NCBI RefSeq assembly: GCF_964355755.1
Contig: NC_092672.1
Coordinates: 22,891,237-22,955,236 of the forward strand
Source: Antedon mediterranea
Lineage: Eukaryota > Animalia > Echinodermata
Reading direction: 5' to 3'
Length of the DNA stretch: 64,000 nt
Below, in pieces: positions 12,956 to 27,300 of the stretch; the first letter of the stretch is position 1; each line of letters starts with the position of its first letter. Both the position numbers and the translations under genes were made by a program. The notes beneath the pieces were generated by a model. It worked only from the letters and a program-made list of their open reading frames with translations, searched no databases and was not told where the DNA came from.

Positions 12956-15301
12956 TGATTTACGTAATCGCTTCGCTCGCGTACCATCTAGGTCGTGCTC
13001 ACAGATGGTTCTCGAATACATAACAATTTCAGCGTTAAAAAACTGGCGATTTCAAATATATACGTACCGCAGGACAATAATACATGTCGTTTACAGGAAC
13101 GAATAAATAGACACTGTGATTTATGTACTCAACTAAAATTAGCACCCTGGGAATTACTTGTCACAAAATGAGACAAATTGTTTAAGTCAAATTTAAACAA
13201 ACTTAATTTGTGTTTTGTATGTAACATTAGGGTTGAGGGATGGGGAAGAGGATGGGTGGAAAGAAAGAGGAACAATTTTTAAATATATTCTTTATCTATT
13301 TAGTAACGAAATATTAATTGTTTTCATGTTTTACAAATAATATACCACTAAACACAGTAAAACATTGCGATGTAATACTTTGTTGAAACTATAACCGTCC
13401 AAGTCAATTGAAATAGTACAGTACATGTAACGATGTAACATCACTACGACGTGTATATATTTATATAATGTAAAACAATTTGTGAAACGATTTGATCGTC
13501 AATAAATATTAAATTATCTAACTCAACTTAATAAGTAGGCCTAATGGTTTTCAATTGTTTCTTAGAGCCAATTCATACTTAAGTTGGTTCCTACCCTACC
13601 CACCAAAGATGTTCTGCGTTTAGGGCATGTGATGTACCGTAGGCCTATCCTCTACTGGTTTTACAACGCTACTCATGCCAGTGAGGGAAGGGTGATGATG
13701 TGGGTAGTTTAATTGCAATAATAAAGATTTGTACATAATATACGGCGAGTGAAAACTCTAGCTCATTATCCGTTTAAAAAAAAATGTATATCCAACCACT
13801 GCAGCACAGATTGAAAAAAAAATGGATCGAATTTCTGTTATGAGTATATAGTACTTGCCTTTACGACGCCTGAGGGAATAGACGCTTGTGGAACAGAGAT
13901 TGGAATGTTCCATTCATCGCAAATCAATACATTTGTATAAACGTATATTAAATCTATCAAAATAGTATTTTTTAAAGAAAATCGGCCTGTCTTCAACATT
14001 ATGATGCTGTACTCGAGCTGTTCAACCGGTTTTCAGCCATTAAAAACAATTATCGTAGGAGGAGATATTTTTCAAGACGGACATCCATTAGACAGTGTAT
14101 ACCACGATCGAAAAACACCCCTATTTGGGGCAAATGGTTGAACCTAAATTCGTTTTAATCGTCAATAACTAATTATCGAACTCAATTTAATTATTAAACA
14201 GGGTTACATCAGGTGGTTAAAATCAGTACCGAAAGTACAAACCAACTTTATATACCATCGAGTAAACATTCTAGAAATAACGCGCGATTTACCGAATTTT
14301 GCCCTTACGTAAATTTATATATAGATTAGAGCAAGATTGGTACAAAAAGATTTCACAAAAACAATTCACAAATGCTGTGCCATATCTAAATAAGGACAAA
14401 ATTCACATGCCAAAATCACACCTTTTACCATGGCAACCATTAATTTTTTTTCAAAAATATTTCAGTTTTGTTATATTTATCTAAAGTGTGAATAATTACC
14501 AAAGTATGAAGAAAATTCATTTTTTTGGCATTTGGCCACATTAGGTTGATATTTGTAGTCAACCGCTCTTAAGACTTAGAAGATGTGCTTACATCCTCAA
14601 AAATGCACTCTCGTAGACGTCATTTTAGATTTGACCAACAATTCTCCAATCAAATGACAAGAATTCGAGTAACTGACCTCAACTGACCGACACAAAAAAT
14701 TTCTATTGTTTCGGGACTGAAAGAAACCGAATGCAACTTTAAATCATGTCACACGTCGTGCAGTAAGGGTGACCACGACCATATAAGCTACCTTACAGAC
14801 GGTTACAACGCACATACAGTATTATGACTTATTTCCAATGGAATGGTGTCGGGAACACACACACAAAGTTTGAATCCCAAATGATCCTAAATGACATAAA
14901 AATCACAAACTTAAATCATATTTCTGAGAATTATTTTTATTTACTGAAATTATATTGTTAGTTTTACATGATTTGTTTATAATAAAATTTAAAATTTGGA
15001 TTTTATATTCATTGACATGAAACTTACTCATGCGTGAAAACCAAATCAAAGCTGAAAGAGCTCCACAAAGACCCTGAATTCTTACAGTGTAATGGATGTT
15101 AAGTTTTTATTGTACAACAATTGTATTATTGTTTGTATTGTGAATACAAATTGCTACGACAGCACACGCATGTAAAAATGGAATTTAGTCAATATTCATT
15201 ATTCTTTCAACATATACAGTAGACAATTTGCGGCATTTGACACAACCTTGATACTGGTGGTAGTTCCTGGATTAACATACTTAATCCTGACATGAACTGT
15301 A

Positions 15302-18300
15302 TTATAGCCTAACTGGACCATGATACAGCAAACCAAGTAACACAATACCAAAAGCTATATCAATGGCAGGAGTTGTTGTAACTTGCACAAACTTGTTAAT
15401 GATGGTAGTAGTTCCTTGATTTACAGGCTGACCTTCAACATGTCTACCATTCTGGTGCTCACTAACTATTGGTGTATGTGTAGCACATTGTTCATCTGAG
15501 CTCTTCTTTTGAGATATTTCATCCTCATCTTTCTTTTGTTCAATGTTTACTATGCCTATTGTATTTCCTTCACTTCTACCACTATTACAGTTCAGGTTAA
15601 CATTTTCATGAAATTGTATTCTAGAATTGTGTTTTACATTTTCTGGTTCTTCAATTTCATTGATGCTCTTATCGGTAAACTTATCTCTCTTATCTTGATC
15701 TTCAACTTCTTTGCTAACATTGCTTGAACTAATCACTGACAGGTTACTGTCATGAGGTTCATTATCCAGTGATACTACTGACAGTATACCTTCTGTTAAT
15801 ATGCTATTGTTTTGTTGCGATTGTTCATCATTGCATTCTTGCACATCAGAATCAGCAAACTGGTAAAAATAAATGTTAAATTGTATTAAATTGTATCAAG
15901 AAAAAAAAAATTAGATTAAAAATCATAAACTGAATGTTTATGATTTGAATACGGAGAATATTTCATGAAAATTAACTGATTGACCATTTAATGAGGCGGA
16001 ACCAAGCACAGGCAGTCTCTCAGTAAATGAAATATACTCTATTCAACATTATTAGTTTTATAGCACAGTACATATGATGATGTGTTAATTTAACATTAAA
16101 GTAAGTACCTGTAAATGAGGATGTGTTAGTGATGAAGGAACATACTTCACATTGTAAAGTTTGTTGGTGCAGCGAAGATTGAAAATTGCGAGTTTTAAGT
16201 AAAGGCCTACCTCGTCTGAATTCAATTCATTTAATTGTTCATCTAACTTGCGTTGGTGTAAACGAATTGAATATCCAATCATAGCATACTGTATGACACG
16301 TGCTGCCTCATGTCGTCTCTTTACATCTTCTCTCACCTTCCAGCCTCTAAAACCTACAACATATCAATTCTAATTAGTGACAATTAGTGGCTTGGTTTGG
16401 TAACAGCATGATGCCTGCAAGATATTTGTCAAAACACAATTACAATCAATACCTGCTTGAATGATGACAACAGCTGCCTCTTGTTTACTTTTGGTTGCCA
16501 GGATCTTCCTCCACCATATCTGGATTACACCAGCACTTAAATTGAATTCCTTCAATCTTGCAACTTCAAGTTTATCCAACTAAATGAAAAATAACGGAAT
16601 ATAATAAATATACAATGATGCAGATTCTTACTTATTTTTTTACACTGACAAGCTAAAAACAAAAAGCTAAAAGTATTATAATTTTGTGCTACAACTTTTT
16701 CATAATTACACACATTTAACTGGGTAATAATTTTTAATAAAATGGTATTTTTTAAATTGTGTCAAATTAATTGTTCTTTTCTTTTTTATATTTATATACT
16801 TTTTTTAAAAAGAAAAATGCCTCAATTTTACATAAATATTTAGTCAATTATGGTGAATTTCCTATCTTATGCTACAAAAATATTCCTTTAGCACTACTTT
16901 TAAAAATAAAGGTTTATTTTACGACACTCATTCAGCTCTACTACAAAGGTTTATATTATACAGATATTGCCTACTTAGAGGTGAAAACCCCGAGGGAATG
17001 ATATTTTTCTAAGGAACTAAATATTACATCTGTTATATTAAAATATGTAGCAAAGTTTAAGTAGACTTGGCTGGGTCGGCTAGCCTAAGTAATAAGACTG
17101 CCTAGTTCACCTTACCTTGCCTAAGTAATAAGACTGCCTAGTTCACATTACCTTGCCTAAGTAATAAGACTGCCTAGTTCACCTTACCTTGCCTAAGTAA
17201 TAAGACTGCCTAGTTCACCTTACCTTGCCTAAGTAATAAGACTGCCTAGTTCACCTTACCTTGCCTAAGTAATAAGACTGCCTAGTTCACCTTACCTTGC
17301 CTAAGTAACAAGACTGCCTAGTTCACCTTACCTTGCCTAAGTAATAAGACTGCCTAGTTCACCTTACCTTGCCTAAGTAATAAGACTGCCTAGTTCACCT
17401 TACCTTGGCGAAAAATGACCGTATAAAGTCAAATAATTGCTAATGATTCCTTTGCCATAAAATATTCACTTAAATTAATTAAAATGTAATTTATTCTACT
17501 GCAAATATAAAATAATTAAATTATTACTAAACTACTTTTAAGTACCTGTCCCTCTCTTAGGAATATCTTTGTTTTTCCAAACAAAAAGCTTTTCATTTTA
17601 TTTTCTTTGTCTGCTTCAGCTAAAACCAGATTCGTAATAACAGCACATTTACTTTTAATATCCAAATCTTTGATATCTTCTGAGTTTGACCTTATTAATA
17701 ATTCATACCTCTTAAGAAAATCACTGTAAAACATTCTATAAGAAAATTGTCATTATTGTTCAGAATCAAGTATAACAAACAACACACTGGCAAGTATGTT
17801 AGTAGGTGTTTAACATGTACAGTATACACAGGGATATATATAGTATATATTATAAACAACACACTGGCAAGTATGTTAGTAGGTGTTCAACATGTACAGT
17901 ATACACAGGGATATATATAGTATATATTATAAACATCACACTGGCAAGTATGTTAGTAGGTGTTTAACATGTACAGTATGCACAGCGATATATATAGTAT
18001 ATATTATAAACAACACACTGGCAAGTATGTTAGTAGGTGTTCAACATGTACAGTATGTACAGGGATATATATAGTATATATTATAAACAACACACTGGCA
18101 AGTATGTTAGTAGGTGTTCAACATGTAAAGTATGTACAGGGATATATATAGTATATATTATAAACATCACACTGGCAAGTATGTTAGTAGGTGTTCAACA
18201 TGTAAAGTATGTACAGGGATATATAGTATATATTATAAACAACACACTGGCAAGTATGTTAGTAGGTGTTCAACATGTACAGTATGTACAGGGATATATA

Positions 18301-21300
18301 TAGTATATATTATAAACATCACACTGGCAAGTATGTTAGTAGGTGTTCAACATGTACAGTATGCACAGGGATATATATAGTATATATTATAAACAACACA
18401 CTGGCAAGTATGTTAGTAGGTGTTCAACATGTACAGTATGTACAGGGATATATATAGTATATATTATAAACAACACACAGGCAAGTATGTTAGTAGGTGT
18501 TCAACATGTACAGTATGCACAGGGATATATATAGTATATATTATAAACAACACACTGGCAAGTATGTTAGTAGGTGTTCAACATGTACAGTATGCACAGG
18601 GATATATATAGTATATATTATAAACAACACACAGGCAAGTATGTTAGTAGGTGTTCAACATGTACAGTATGCACAGGGATATATATAGTATATATTATAA
18701 ACAACACACTGGCAAGTATAGTAGGTGTTCAACATGTACAGTATGCACAGGGATATATATAGTATATATTATAAACAACACACTGGCAAGTATGTTAGTA
18801 GGTGTTCAACATGTACAGTATGCACAGGGATATATATAGTATATATTATAAACATCACACTGGCAAGTATGTTAGTAGGTGTTCAACATGTACAGTATGC
18901 ACAGGGATATATATAGTATATATTATAAACAACACACAGGCAAGTATGTTAGTAGGTGTTCAACATGTACAGTATGCACAGGGATATATATAGTATATAT
19001 TATAAACAACACACAGGCAAGTATGTTAGTAGGTGTTCAACATGTACAGTATGCACAGGGATATATATAGTATATATTATAAACAACACACTGGCAAGTA
19101 TGTTAGTAGGTGTTCAACATGTACAGTATGCACAGGGATATATATAGTATATATTATAAACAACACACAGGCAAGTATGTTAGTAGGTGTTCAACATGTA
19201 CAGTATGCACAGGGATATATATAGTATATATTATAAACAACACACAGGCAAGTATGTTAGTAGGGGTTCAACATGTACAGTATGTACAGGGATATATATA
19301 GTATATATTATAAACATCACAGGCACAGAATAAATTCTATATCGCCCGGTGATATACTGAAATTCAATTTATTAATTTGAAACGATGAAGATGAGGAAAT
19401 CTGTGAGAATGAGAAAAAGTCGCCTCCATCAAGATTCAAACCCGGAACCTTCTGCTTGATGTCCTAACCATTAGACCACTGGGGCTTTCATGGTATTGTT
19501 CAAACTCGATTGGATCGTCGTGGTACGGCGGTATAGCACTAGTCCCTCAGTTGTACGCACACGCATCAGAGATCAAATTGATACGCCCTCATCTTTCAGT
19601 ATATATATACATATATATATAAATCCAAAGGCAAATTACTGAACAAAATGACAATGCTGTGGGTATCAGTGGCTGGATCTCAATGGAGATACGAAAATAA
19701 AAAGCGAAAAGCTAAATCAAAACGATAAAGTAAACAGCCGCCAGAAAAGTTAGCAGAGCTTTCGGGCAACACTAGCCCTTCATCAGTGCAATACCTATAT
19801 ATATATATATATATATATTGTAAGTCCTAGAGCAAGCTGTTTAATTGGGATTTTAATAGTAAAAAATACAGTAAAATACAAATTACAACAAATAAGAAGG
19901 TTGTAACATGTTTAGTGCAACCTATAAAACAATACAACAAAACCATTTTAGTTTTTGCTTAATTATTCAATATCGAAAACAAACAGGTGTAAGCTGACCT
20001 GGTAGGGAAGCCTGTTGCACTGATCTCAATTGTTTCAAGAACACCGCAAGCACGTAGTTGATTTATAACATGAACGTTATCAAAGCTGTCTGGTTGACAC
20101 TCAAGACTTGGTTTGATACAGCGGATGTAGTGAGGTGTTGTTTCATGTAAAGTAGCCATAAGACTGTCCAATGAATTCTAAGATATAAGATACAATTGTT
20201 AGATTGTTACCCCGAAGATTACATGTAAAAACTAAATGGTATCAACCAAAATAAGTATAAGTAAATACAAAATGGATTGAGGAAATATGTCTGATAATCA
20301 AAAAATAAAATATCTTGCATATATTTATTATTATAAGTTACATTTTCAACAGAAGTTTAAAAACAATTGGGAAGCAATAATTTGAGTGATCTTGCAGATG
20401 TTTATTTGATTTATTTCAGCGTCATAAAAAACAATTTACAGATAAAATACAATTAATATAATATACAGGAAACAAAATATGAAACATCAACAATATACAA
20501 AAACAGGGATGCCGAGGAAAACCCATAAAAGTCCTTGTTTCCCTGTTTCTCCTTTCAAGAAAAAGCAAAAACAACAACAAAGCAAAAAAACCTATCTAAA
20601 TTCTAAAGCAAGAGCTCAGTCTTGAAGCTATTTTTCCATACTAAATTCATCAAGAGTCTAAATTAAGTTTTGAATGAGTTTCAACTTTCAGGATTCTGTA
20701 CCTTAAATTTTGATACCACTGTAGTAGTCTTTTTTCCTTTTGTTTTACTTGGACTCTGAAAAAAATTCATAAAATTAACCTATTTTAGGTTAAACAGAAC
20801 TATTAACATAACTGATGCAAAGGCATTATAAATATCACACATTTATTCTTTGTTTAAAAGTTTCATGATGTAACATCAGGGCCGTAGCCAGGATCTGTCA
20901 AGGGGGGTTCGGACACTAAATATTTGGGTCAACCCCCCCCCCCCCTCCCCTGGGGGTGGGGCCTGATGCGAAGCGAATTTTGTTAAATGACACCCCTAGA
21001 CGGGCGGAAAAGACACTCTCGTGCAGCATGCTACCAATGAGAAAAAAGATCGTACTTTTTTCCTCCTTCTCAAACACGTCGATAATTTAAAGGACGATAA
21101 CTATTTGTTGCCGTATGTTAGATGCGCGTGCTCTGTGCGGAACCGCCGATTGTTTGATCATTTACTCCGTATTTTGTTTTGCGTTCAAGTTCAATGCGAA
21201 CGTACATCTAGGAGCAGCCCCGAAAAAAACACACTGGTTGAAGGCAAATGCTATTTGCTAGCTCTATCTATAATATTTATTTACAGCAATTTGTTGAGGA

Positions 21301-24300
21301 ATATAAATATTTAAATAGGTGATATTGATACATTTTAGTACGTATCGGCTGGTGGTCTAGAAAAAAATACTCGGATGCCATAATGTGAACTACAGTACTT
21401 GATACCATAGATATTATAGTGTAAAATATTAATATTCACTATAATCCTCTATGATACATTATACTTCATAGTCACACATAAATACTGATGTACGTCGGAA
21501 GGCTACTTTATGCATGCTGCCTGACTGCCAGTGATCTAAACAATTATAGGTACGCAGTTGTCTGGCGGTGTCCTTTGTACGAATCGTTCGTGCCCCAGTT
21601 CGCTATGAGACGCGTCAATATCATGTTACATGCAGGGACCAAACATTTATTTTTCAGGTTAAAATCGGCAATTCATTTGCAGCTTTTAGAAATTTACAGA
21701 CACGTATCGCTAGTTGACGCTCATACAGAGAAGAAGGTTCACGAACAAGTTTACGAATTTTTCAATTTACAAACAACTTTTTGTACTGTGGGGCACGTAT
21801 TTGGAGGATTTTTGGAGATGAGGGTGAGGTATTGGGCATGTCGGGGATGGGGGTTCGCAGTCGGTTAAGGGGGTTCGCTGTAAAGGGGGGGGGGTTCGCC
21901 CGAACCATAAAAACCCCCCCTGGCTACGGGCCTGAACATTGATGAAGACAGAACTTTAAAAGCAATGGTGTAGTGTTAGTACAGTGTTACTACAGTGTTA
22001 GTATGGTGTTAGTATGGTGTTACTACAGTGTTAGTATGGTGTTACTACATTGTTAGTATGGTGTTACTACATTGTTAGTATGGTGTTACTACAGTGTTAG
22101 TATGGTGTTACTACAGTGTTAGTATGGTGTTACTACAGTGTTAGTATGGTGTTACTACAGTGTTAGTATGGTGTTACTACATTGTTAGTATGGTGTTACT
22201 ACATTGTTAGTATGGTGTTACTACATTGTTAGTATGGTGTTACTACATTGTTAGTATGGTGTTACTACATTGTTAGTATGGTGTTACTACATTGTTAGTA
22301 TGGTGTTACTACATTGTTAGTATGGTGTTACTACATTGTTAGTATGGTGTTACTACATTGTTAGTATGGTGTTACTACATTGTTAGTATGGTGTTACTAC
22401 ATTGTTAGTATGGTGTTACTACATTGTTAGTATGGTGTTACTACATTGTTAGTATGGTGTTACTACATTGTTAGTATGGTGTTACTACATTGTTAGTATG
22501 GTGTTACTACATTGTTAGTATGGTGTTACTACATTGTTAGTATGGTGTTACTACAGTGTTAGTATGGTGTTACTACAGTGTTAGTATGGTGTTACTACAT
22601 TGTTAGTAAGGTGTTACTACATTGTTAGTATGGTGTTACTACATTGTTAGTATGGTGTTACTACAGTGTTAGTTTGATGTTACTATGGTGTTACTACATT
22701 GTTAGTATGGTGTTAGTATAGTGTTACTATGGTGTTTAAAAACAAATGATAAGATCAATCACCTGTAAACTGGTAACATTAGCATCAACTAATTGTTGCA
22801 CAAACTTCTTGCTGCTAATTTTAAGCAAATCTACAAGTTCTGCTGGAATACCATCCTAAAAACATCAAATGATACACAATAGATTAATTAGTAAATGAAC
22901 ATTCACCTGTGTACACTGCACATCAAATCTAATGAGCAAATATAATGTAAATAGCAATAAGGTTTCCATTCAAAGTAAATATTATAGGGATACTCGGAAA
23001 AAAAGCCATGGTAATAGGGCAGGAGGGCAAGTTGGTAAATTGATTGTTCGTTAACTTGATGAAATTGTAATATTGGAGAGCATAGTGGTTAAATAGGTTG
23101 AAACACTCTTGTCGTTTTCTAAATTGAATTGTGTTAGTGAACCAATTCTTATTTTGATATAAAAACAGAGAAATGTAATACTGTAAGCTGAGCACGTACT
23201 CCAGACTGAAAAAAGATGGCAGCCGTAAATGTGTTCAAAAACATTATTTAACATAACAAATAATAATCTAATATAATACATTCACATATTCTTGTCAAAG
23301 AACAGTGAAGATTTATAAATCGCAATGGAATGAATAAATTCTAGGTAATCTAGCATTTTTGTATTTGAGGATCATATAGAATGCGTTCACGGTTATACGC
23401 TTAACACGCTGCATTGTGTATTGTTCTCACGCAGATAGGCTCAACACAGGCATATAGCAGTGCGTACTGCGTAGGGCATATCTGATTGGTCGATTGAAAG
23501 CCGCTATTTTGTTGGTTCCCTCTCCATAGAGAATCACCTTTTGAACTGCGATAACAGAGCATAATAATAGATAGAGCATTACCTATAGCTACAAACAGCC
23601 ATTCATACATTTTACTGTGGTATTTATTTTCAGTTATAAGATTATGAGAAATGAGTTTAAACGAAGCAGATGCACTATTCCATAATTGTAATGCTTTGAG
23701 AAACTATTTATGAACTTCTAACCCCATTTTTTTGTGAATATACTGTAAAACTGGCATTCAGTTGTAAGTATATTACCTTATTCTTTTCAATTAGACCATC
23801 CACTTGGTACGTAACTTTCTCTGCATAGTGATGCACAACAAAAGCTGGTGATGTCACTGATATATGTGCACGAGATAAGCTTGCACTGCTGATGGTGTCA
23901 AGAAGAAACTCACAAAATGAACTTGGATCTGAATGTCTGTTTAACTTGCATTGCTATAAACAAGATAAACTTGCAATTAGAAAGTAAATGACATAATAAC
24001 ATGATTGTGATCTTAGATCTTAGATGGACAGTCTAAGCACAACAACTTGTAGTTTGCAACTGGTTGTGGTGTTACTGTACTTTTGCACCTAACTCACTGG
24101 GCATAAGGTCACTCACCATCACTGATGTGCAGCAGGTGAATATTGGGGTTAAGCTTGAGGTGCAAAAGTACATCAGCAGCAGGTTTTCTAGTGTAAACTA
24201 GGCTCAAAAGTCCATTATTTATCTTCTTACAAACTACAGTTTATTTATTGATTTGGGCAATCAAGACAAACTATGGTTTTCAAGACAAACTATGCCTGTC

Positions 24301-27300
24301 GGGTAAAAACCACTTTTTTTCAAAATGTAAAATTCAAAATAGGAAGGAGTTATTATTTTACGACATACTGTACTACGATTGAGAAAGGCGAATTCTTAAT
24401 ACAGCACTGGGACAACTCATCTTTTTGTTGTCATACATGCAGCATGGTTTCATGGTACAGCAGTTTATCTTTCAATAATAAGTACAAACTACAGAATACA
24501 GGTTGTCTTTTTCAACCATTATTTTTCGTCTTGCGAAAAACTATGACTTAGAAACTTATTGTTTGTATTTTAATCGAAAGACAAACTACAACACCCCAAT
24601 ATTCAACATCAAAACATGTTTTATTGTGAGGGGAATAGCAACACTTACTTGATTCATGAGAACAAATATACTGATGTTGCCTTCAATAACATCAAGACAT
24701 GTTTTATTGTGAGTGGAATAGGAACACTTACTTGATTCATGAGAGCAAATATACTGATGTTGCCTTCAATAACATCAAGACATGTTTTATTGTCAGTAAA
24801 GTCTTCAAATTGCCATGGAATTCCCTCAGATTGACAGTCATCCTAAAATAATATAAAGATGACTATTTAATCAGCAGTATGATTATGTTTATAAAGGTTC
24901 ATCATTATCACTATTAGATAAAAAAAGTGAAAGATAATTCTCATAAACTTTAATTATTATTGTTATCTTAATTATCATTTTATATTGTATTATAATTATA
25001 CTAGTATTTTGATATTATTAAGTTTTTACCAGATTTGTTTGATATCAACTAAAAGAAGTGCCATATTATTTTTCTCCATTTTTTTTAATGAATAAAAGAA
25101 CTGTTGTTATTATCACTCTTATATGGTGCTAATGAAACACTGTTGCACCAACTGTATATTGGCATACTCTATATATAGAAAATAAGTTTGTTGGAATACC
25201 TGTTCTACTTTGAGGAAGTTGTGCACAAAATGTTGCTGAAGTTTCTCATTTGCATAATTTATGCATAATTGCTCCAAACTGTTAAATGAAAAACTTTCAA
25301 ATCCGTAGACATCCAGTAGACCAATGTAAGACTGGCAACTCCTGGCCATGGTACAGCCATTGATGAATCCAACGAGCCAATCAAAAACTCTGAAACATTA
25401 AAACATAATTTAGTCAGTCTTCAAAGCTAGTTTTTTTTGGTAAAACCAAAGTGGGGTTGAAAAAGTTTGCATGTAAACATTTTCTCCTGTTACATACTAA
25501 CTACATGACAAAGAAAGAAATTAGGCAGAAAGAAGTCAGGCCATGACAGCAAGAGAGATTAGGCAGAATAAAAATGAAATTAAATTGACTATGTTTCAGA
25601 GTTTGCATGTAAAGTATGGTTATTTTATTTTTGTGAATGTTTAAAGGTGTATGTACGATTTGTTGTGGGTAATCCACCTCAGTGCAGACCAGCATGCATA
25701 TGGGGAAGCAAATAAAAGTTATTGGATATGTACAACATCTTCTGTGGGTTTGTTTTGAATGTATAACAGGTCAGTAAAAAGGCAAATACTGCACAACAAG
25801 ATCATTTTCAAAAGAGTAAGTAGGTTTCTTTAACTACAAACAAATATAGCTTTAATGTTTGTAAAATACCTGGCATAGAGTAACTTTGCAAGACAATCTC
25901 TCCTTGTATGACATTCATCTTTTAAGCAAGGTTTCATAAAGACAATCTTTCTACGCTTGTGAGATGCAGTGATTTGTCGGAATGCAAGACATCTAGTTAA
26001 GGCATCAACATCAAGACCAAGTAACTGTGCAGCAGCATTAACAGATGTGTCAACTCCTGATGAAGCAACATCAATAGTACAACAATATGATATATTGAAT
26101 AATTAGTAAATTAGAAAATCTCTCTTAGGCTGAAATATTTTATCAACATTTTTTGAAGATGGAGAAGAATATTAATAAGATTATTTAAGATTTTAAAATT
26201 ATGTAATTATTAACGATATTATTTAAGATATTTTGTGACCAACCTACCATAACATTAAGGTATTCCTTATGTCCGTTTTTAGTTATGTCTCATATATTAT
26301 ATTATGGTAGAAATAAAAACAAATTAAAAAATACTAAAAAGATATATATACTGTTGATAGAATATTTTGAATCATAAGTAAACGTCAATTTATTATAAAC
26401 ATAATCTATTAAAACTTAAAGGTTGCAACTACTTTAAGCTAAACTATAAATACTGTATGCAATCTTAAAGGTCGCAACTACTTTAAGCTAAACTATAAAT
26501 ACTGTATGCAATCTTAAAGGTTGCAACTACTTTAAGCTAAACTATAAATACTGTATGCAATCTTAATGGTCGCAACTACTTTAAGCTAAACTATAAATAC
26601 TGTATGCAATCTTAAAGGTTGCAACTACTTTAAGCTGAACTATAAATACTGTATGCAATCTTAAAGGTCGCAACTACTTTAAGCTGAACTATAAATACTG
26701 TATGCAATCTTAAACGTCACAACTACTTTAAGCTAAACTATAAATACTGTATGCAATCTTAAAGGTTGCAACTACTTTAAGCTGAACTATAAATACTGTA
26801 TGCAATCTTAAAGGTTGCAACTACTTTAAGCTGAACTATAAATACTGTATGCAATCTTAAACGTCGCAACTACTTTAAGCTAAACTATAAATACTGTATG
26901 CAATCTTAAAGGTTGCAACTACTTTAAGCTGAACTATAAATACTGTATGCAATCTTAAACGTCGCAACTACTTTAAGCTAAACTATAAATACTGTATGCA
27001 ATCTTAAAGGTTGCAACTACTTTAAGCTGAACTATAAATACTGTATGCAATCTTAAAGGTTGCAACTACTTTAAGCTGAACTATAAATACTTTATGCAAT
27101 CTTAAACGTCGCAACTACTTTAAGCTAAACTATAAATACTGTATGCAAACTTAAAGATCGCAACTACTTTAAGCTAAACTATAAATACTGTATGCAATCT
27201 TAAAGGTTGCAACTACTTTAAGCTAAACTATAAATACTGTATGCAATCTTAAAGGTCGCAACTACTTTAAGCTAAACTATAAATACTGTATGCAATCTTA

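Noticed and set aside
9890-14575. Partial inverted similarity (AATGGTTGCCA.GGTA at ~10058 versus ~14426) suggesting one large element around the 64-bp array
   Set aside because: Only short patches match and no paired termini or TSD were found; more likely separate decayed transposon fragments.
17883-19301. Stack of ~63-aa ORFs ([16 protein letters not shown]..)
   Set aside because: These are translations of the 77-bp tandem array, not genes. The same applies to ORFs at 27752-28058, 36855-37396, 39086-39340, 41909-42426 and 48328-48675.
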